A program made the translations under genes and the position numbers. 64,000 nt of DNA from Podarcis liolepis (taxonomy: Eukaryota). Of this stretch, positions 62,853-64,000 are shown piece by piece. Position 1 is the first letter of the stretch, and the number at the start of each line of letters is the position of its first letter. The notes under the pieces are model-generated. The model saw nothing but the letters and a program-made list of their open reading frames with translations, had not been told where the DNA came from and did not search any database. The stretch lies in assembly GCA_965112155.1 (NCBI GenBank), contig OZ218099.1; one strand, given 5' to 3'.

Positions 62853-63011
62853 CTTGATTCTTGGTATGTTATTTTAAATGGCACTGTGGAAATCAGCCAT
62901 CGAGATGGGAAAACGGAAAGTCTCTGTATGGGAAATAGTTTTGGAATTACTCCCTCTCTGGAAAAGCAATATATGAATGGTGTAGTTCGGACCAAAGTAG
63001 ATGACTGCCAG
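62853..63011 (+). CDS. RAPGEF6: RAPGEF6 exon 10 (159 nt, [53 protein letters not shown])
   Basis: tttctag| and |gtaaga; core of the cNMP-binding-like domain. Confidence 0.97.
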
Positions 63012-63451
63012 GTAAGATAACTTCATAGTAAAACATTCTTCCATTTTCTCATTAAAAATTCTATTTAATTAATCATCCCAGAAATAAAATAGTGCAATTT
63101 TGGCTAATGGTAACCACTTACAGCTTTCTTGCTCACAGCATAGGTTATTCAGCAAACAAGAACTACTGCTTTCCCTGCTTATATATCAAAGTCTGCCGAA
63201 ACGGGCTCAGGACAATTTTACTTTTTGAATTCAAGTTCTCATCTAGACTTCTTATCTATATGTATCAGTTGTAGTAATCTCTGAAGGTATTACAAAAATA
63301 AATAAATTATGAGGTTGAACAAGATGGAAACAGATTGATTTCTAATTACATTTTGCCATGATTATGTTATATGTGTCTAGGCTTGACTGATGCATTTAAA
63401 AAACAACAACTGTTTGCTTGTGTATTTATACCCCTCTGTTATTTTGGATAG

Positions 63452-63604
63452 TTTGTATGTATAGCCCAGCAGGATTATTGGAGAATTCTGAACCATGTTG
63501 AAAAAAATACACACAAGGTTGAAGAAGAAGGAGAAATTGTTATGGTGAAAGAGCACAGAGAGCTGGACCGCAGTGGAACCAGGAAAGGACACATTGTCAT
63601 TAAG
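63452..63604 (+). CDS. RAPGEF6: RAPGEF6 exon 11 (153 nt, [51 protein letters not shown])
   Basis: ggatag| and |gtgatc; [15 protein letters not shown] is RAPGEF6-type (RAPGEF2 has DYCRILNQVEKNMQK). Confidence 0.97.
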
Positions 63605-63964
63605 GTGATCAAAAACATAATCTTACAAAGAAGTTGTTTTATTATATAGCATTTTTCAGTTTCATAACAAAGTGATCTAGTTTCTCATCTTCATCGAAGT
63701 TCTCTTGTTATGCAGTCAAATGGCTATATATTGTGGAAATAATATGCCTCTGGGCAATTAGACATCACTCAACAATATAGTCTTTACAGACATAGATCCA
63801 AGTTGTAATGCTGTATTGGTATGCAGGAAGTATTATGAAAATAAATGTGTGTCTAGGATGAAAGTTAGGAATTGGATTTATGAGTATGTCTGGGTGGTGA
63901 TATTACAAAATGGTATGTTGTTTTTGTGGAATTATTTTATTAACTGCCATCTCTTGTTTTTAAG

Positions 63965-64000
63965 GCAACACCTGAACGCCTGATTACACATTTAATAGAA
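63965..64000 (+). CDS. RAPGEF6: RAPGEF6 exon 12, 5' part (ATPERLITHLIE), start of REM domain, cut by window end
   Basis: ttttaag| acceptor; human ATPERLIMHLIE. Confidence 0.93.

Noticed and set aside
651-64000. Gene identity as RAPGEF2
   Set aside because: Diagnostic residues ([52 protein letters not shown]) match RAPGEF6.

Overview
Eukaryotic genomic DNA from a squamate reptile, probably a lacertid lizard, judged from its repeat content (Sauria SINEs, BovB, Squam3-like SINEs, Penelope-like elements, Tc1/mariner and hAT MITEs). The whole window lies inside one + strand gene, RAPGEF6 (PDZ-GEF2). Eleven coding exons (2-12 by human numbering; exon 12 is cut by the window end) join in one open frame with GT-AG sites and encode the N-terminal region, the cNMP-binding-like domain and the start of the REM domain. 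Most of the supplied ORF track is noise or repeat-derived. I found no new multi-gene system. The signals most worth following up are: (1) an alternative N-terminal exon MAFLVRCYANCLQPWASK in the 33.5-kb intron 6, plus a weaker second candidate; (2) Penelope-like insertions carrying minimal hammerhead ribozyme motifs, one intact and antisense to the gene, one sense copy with a mutated core locked in a perfect 56-bp hairpin; (3) a TSD-flanked BovB (RTE) insertion with a 5' inversion of twin-priming geometry; (4) two retroelements apparently inserted at the same position of a MITE terminal inverted repeat; (5) inverted repeat pairs flanking exons. All family and ortholog assignments come from recalled sequence, not from database searches.
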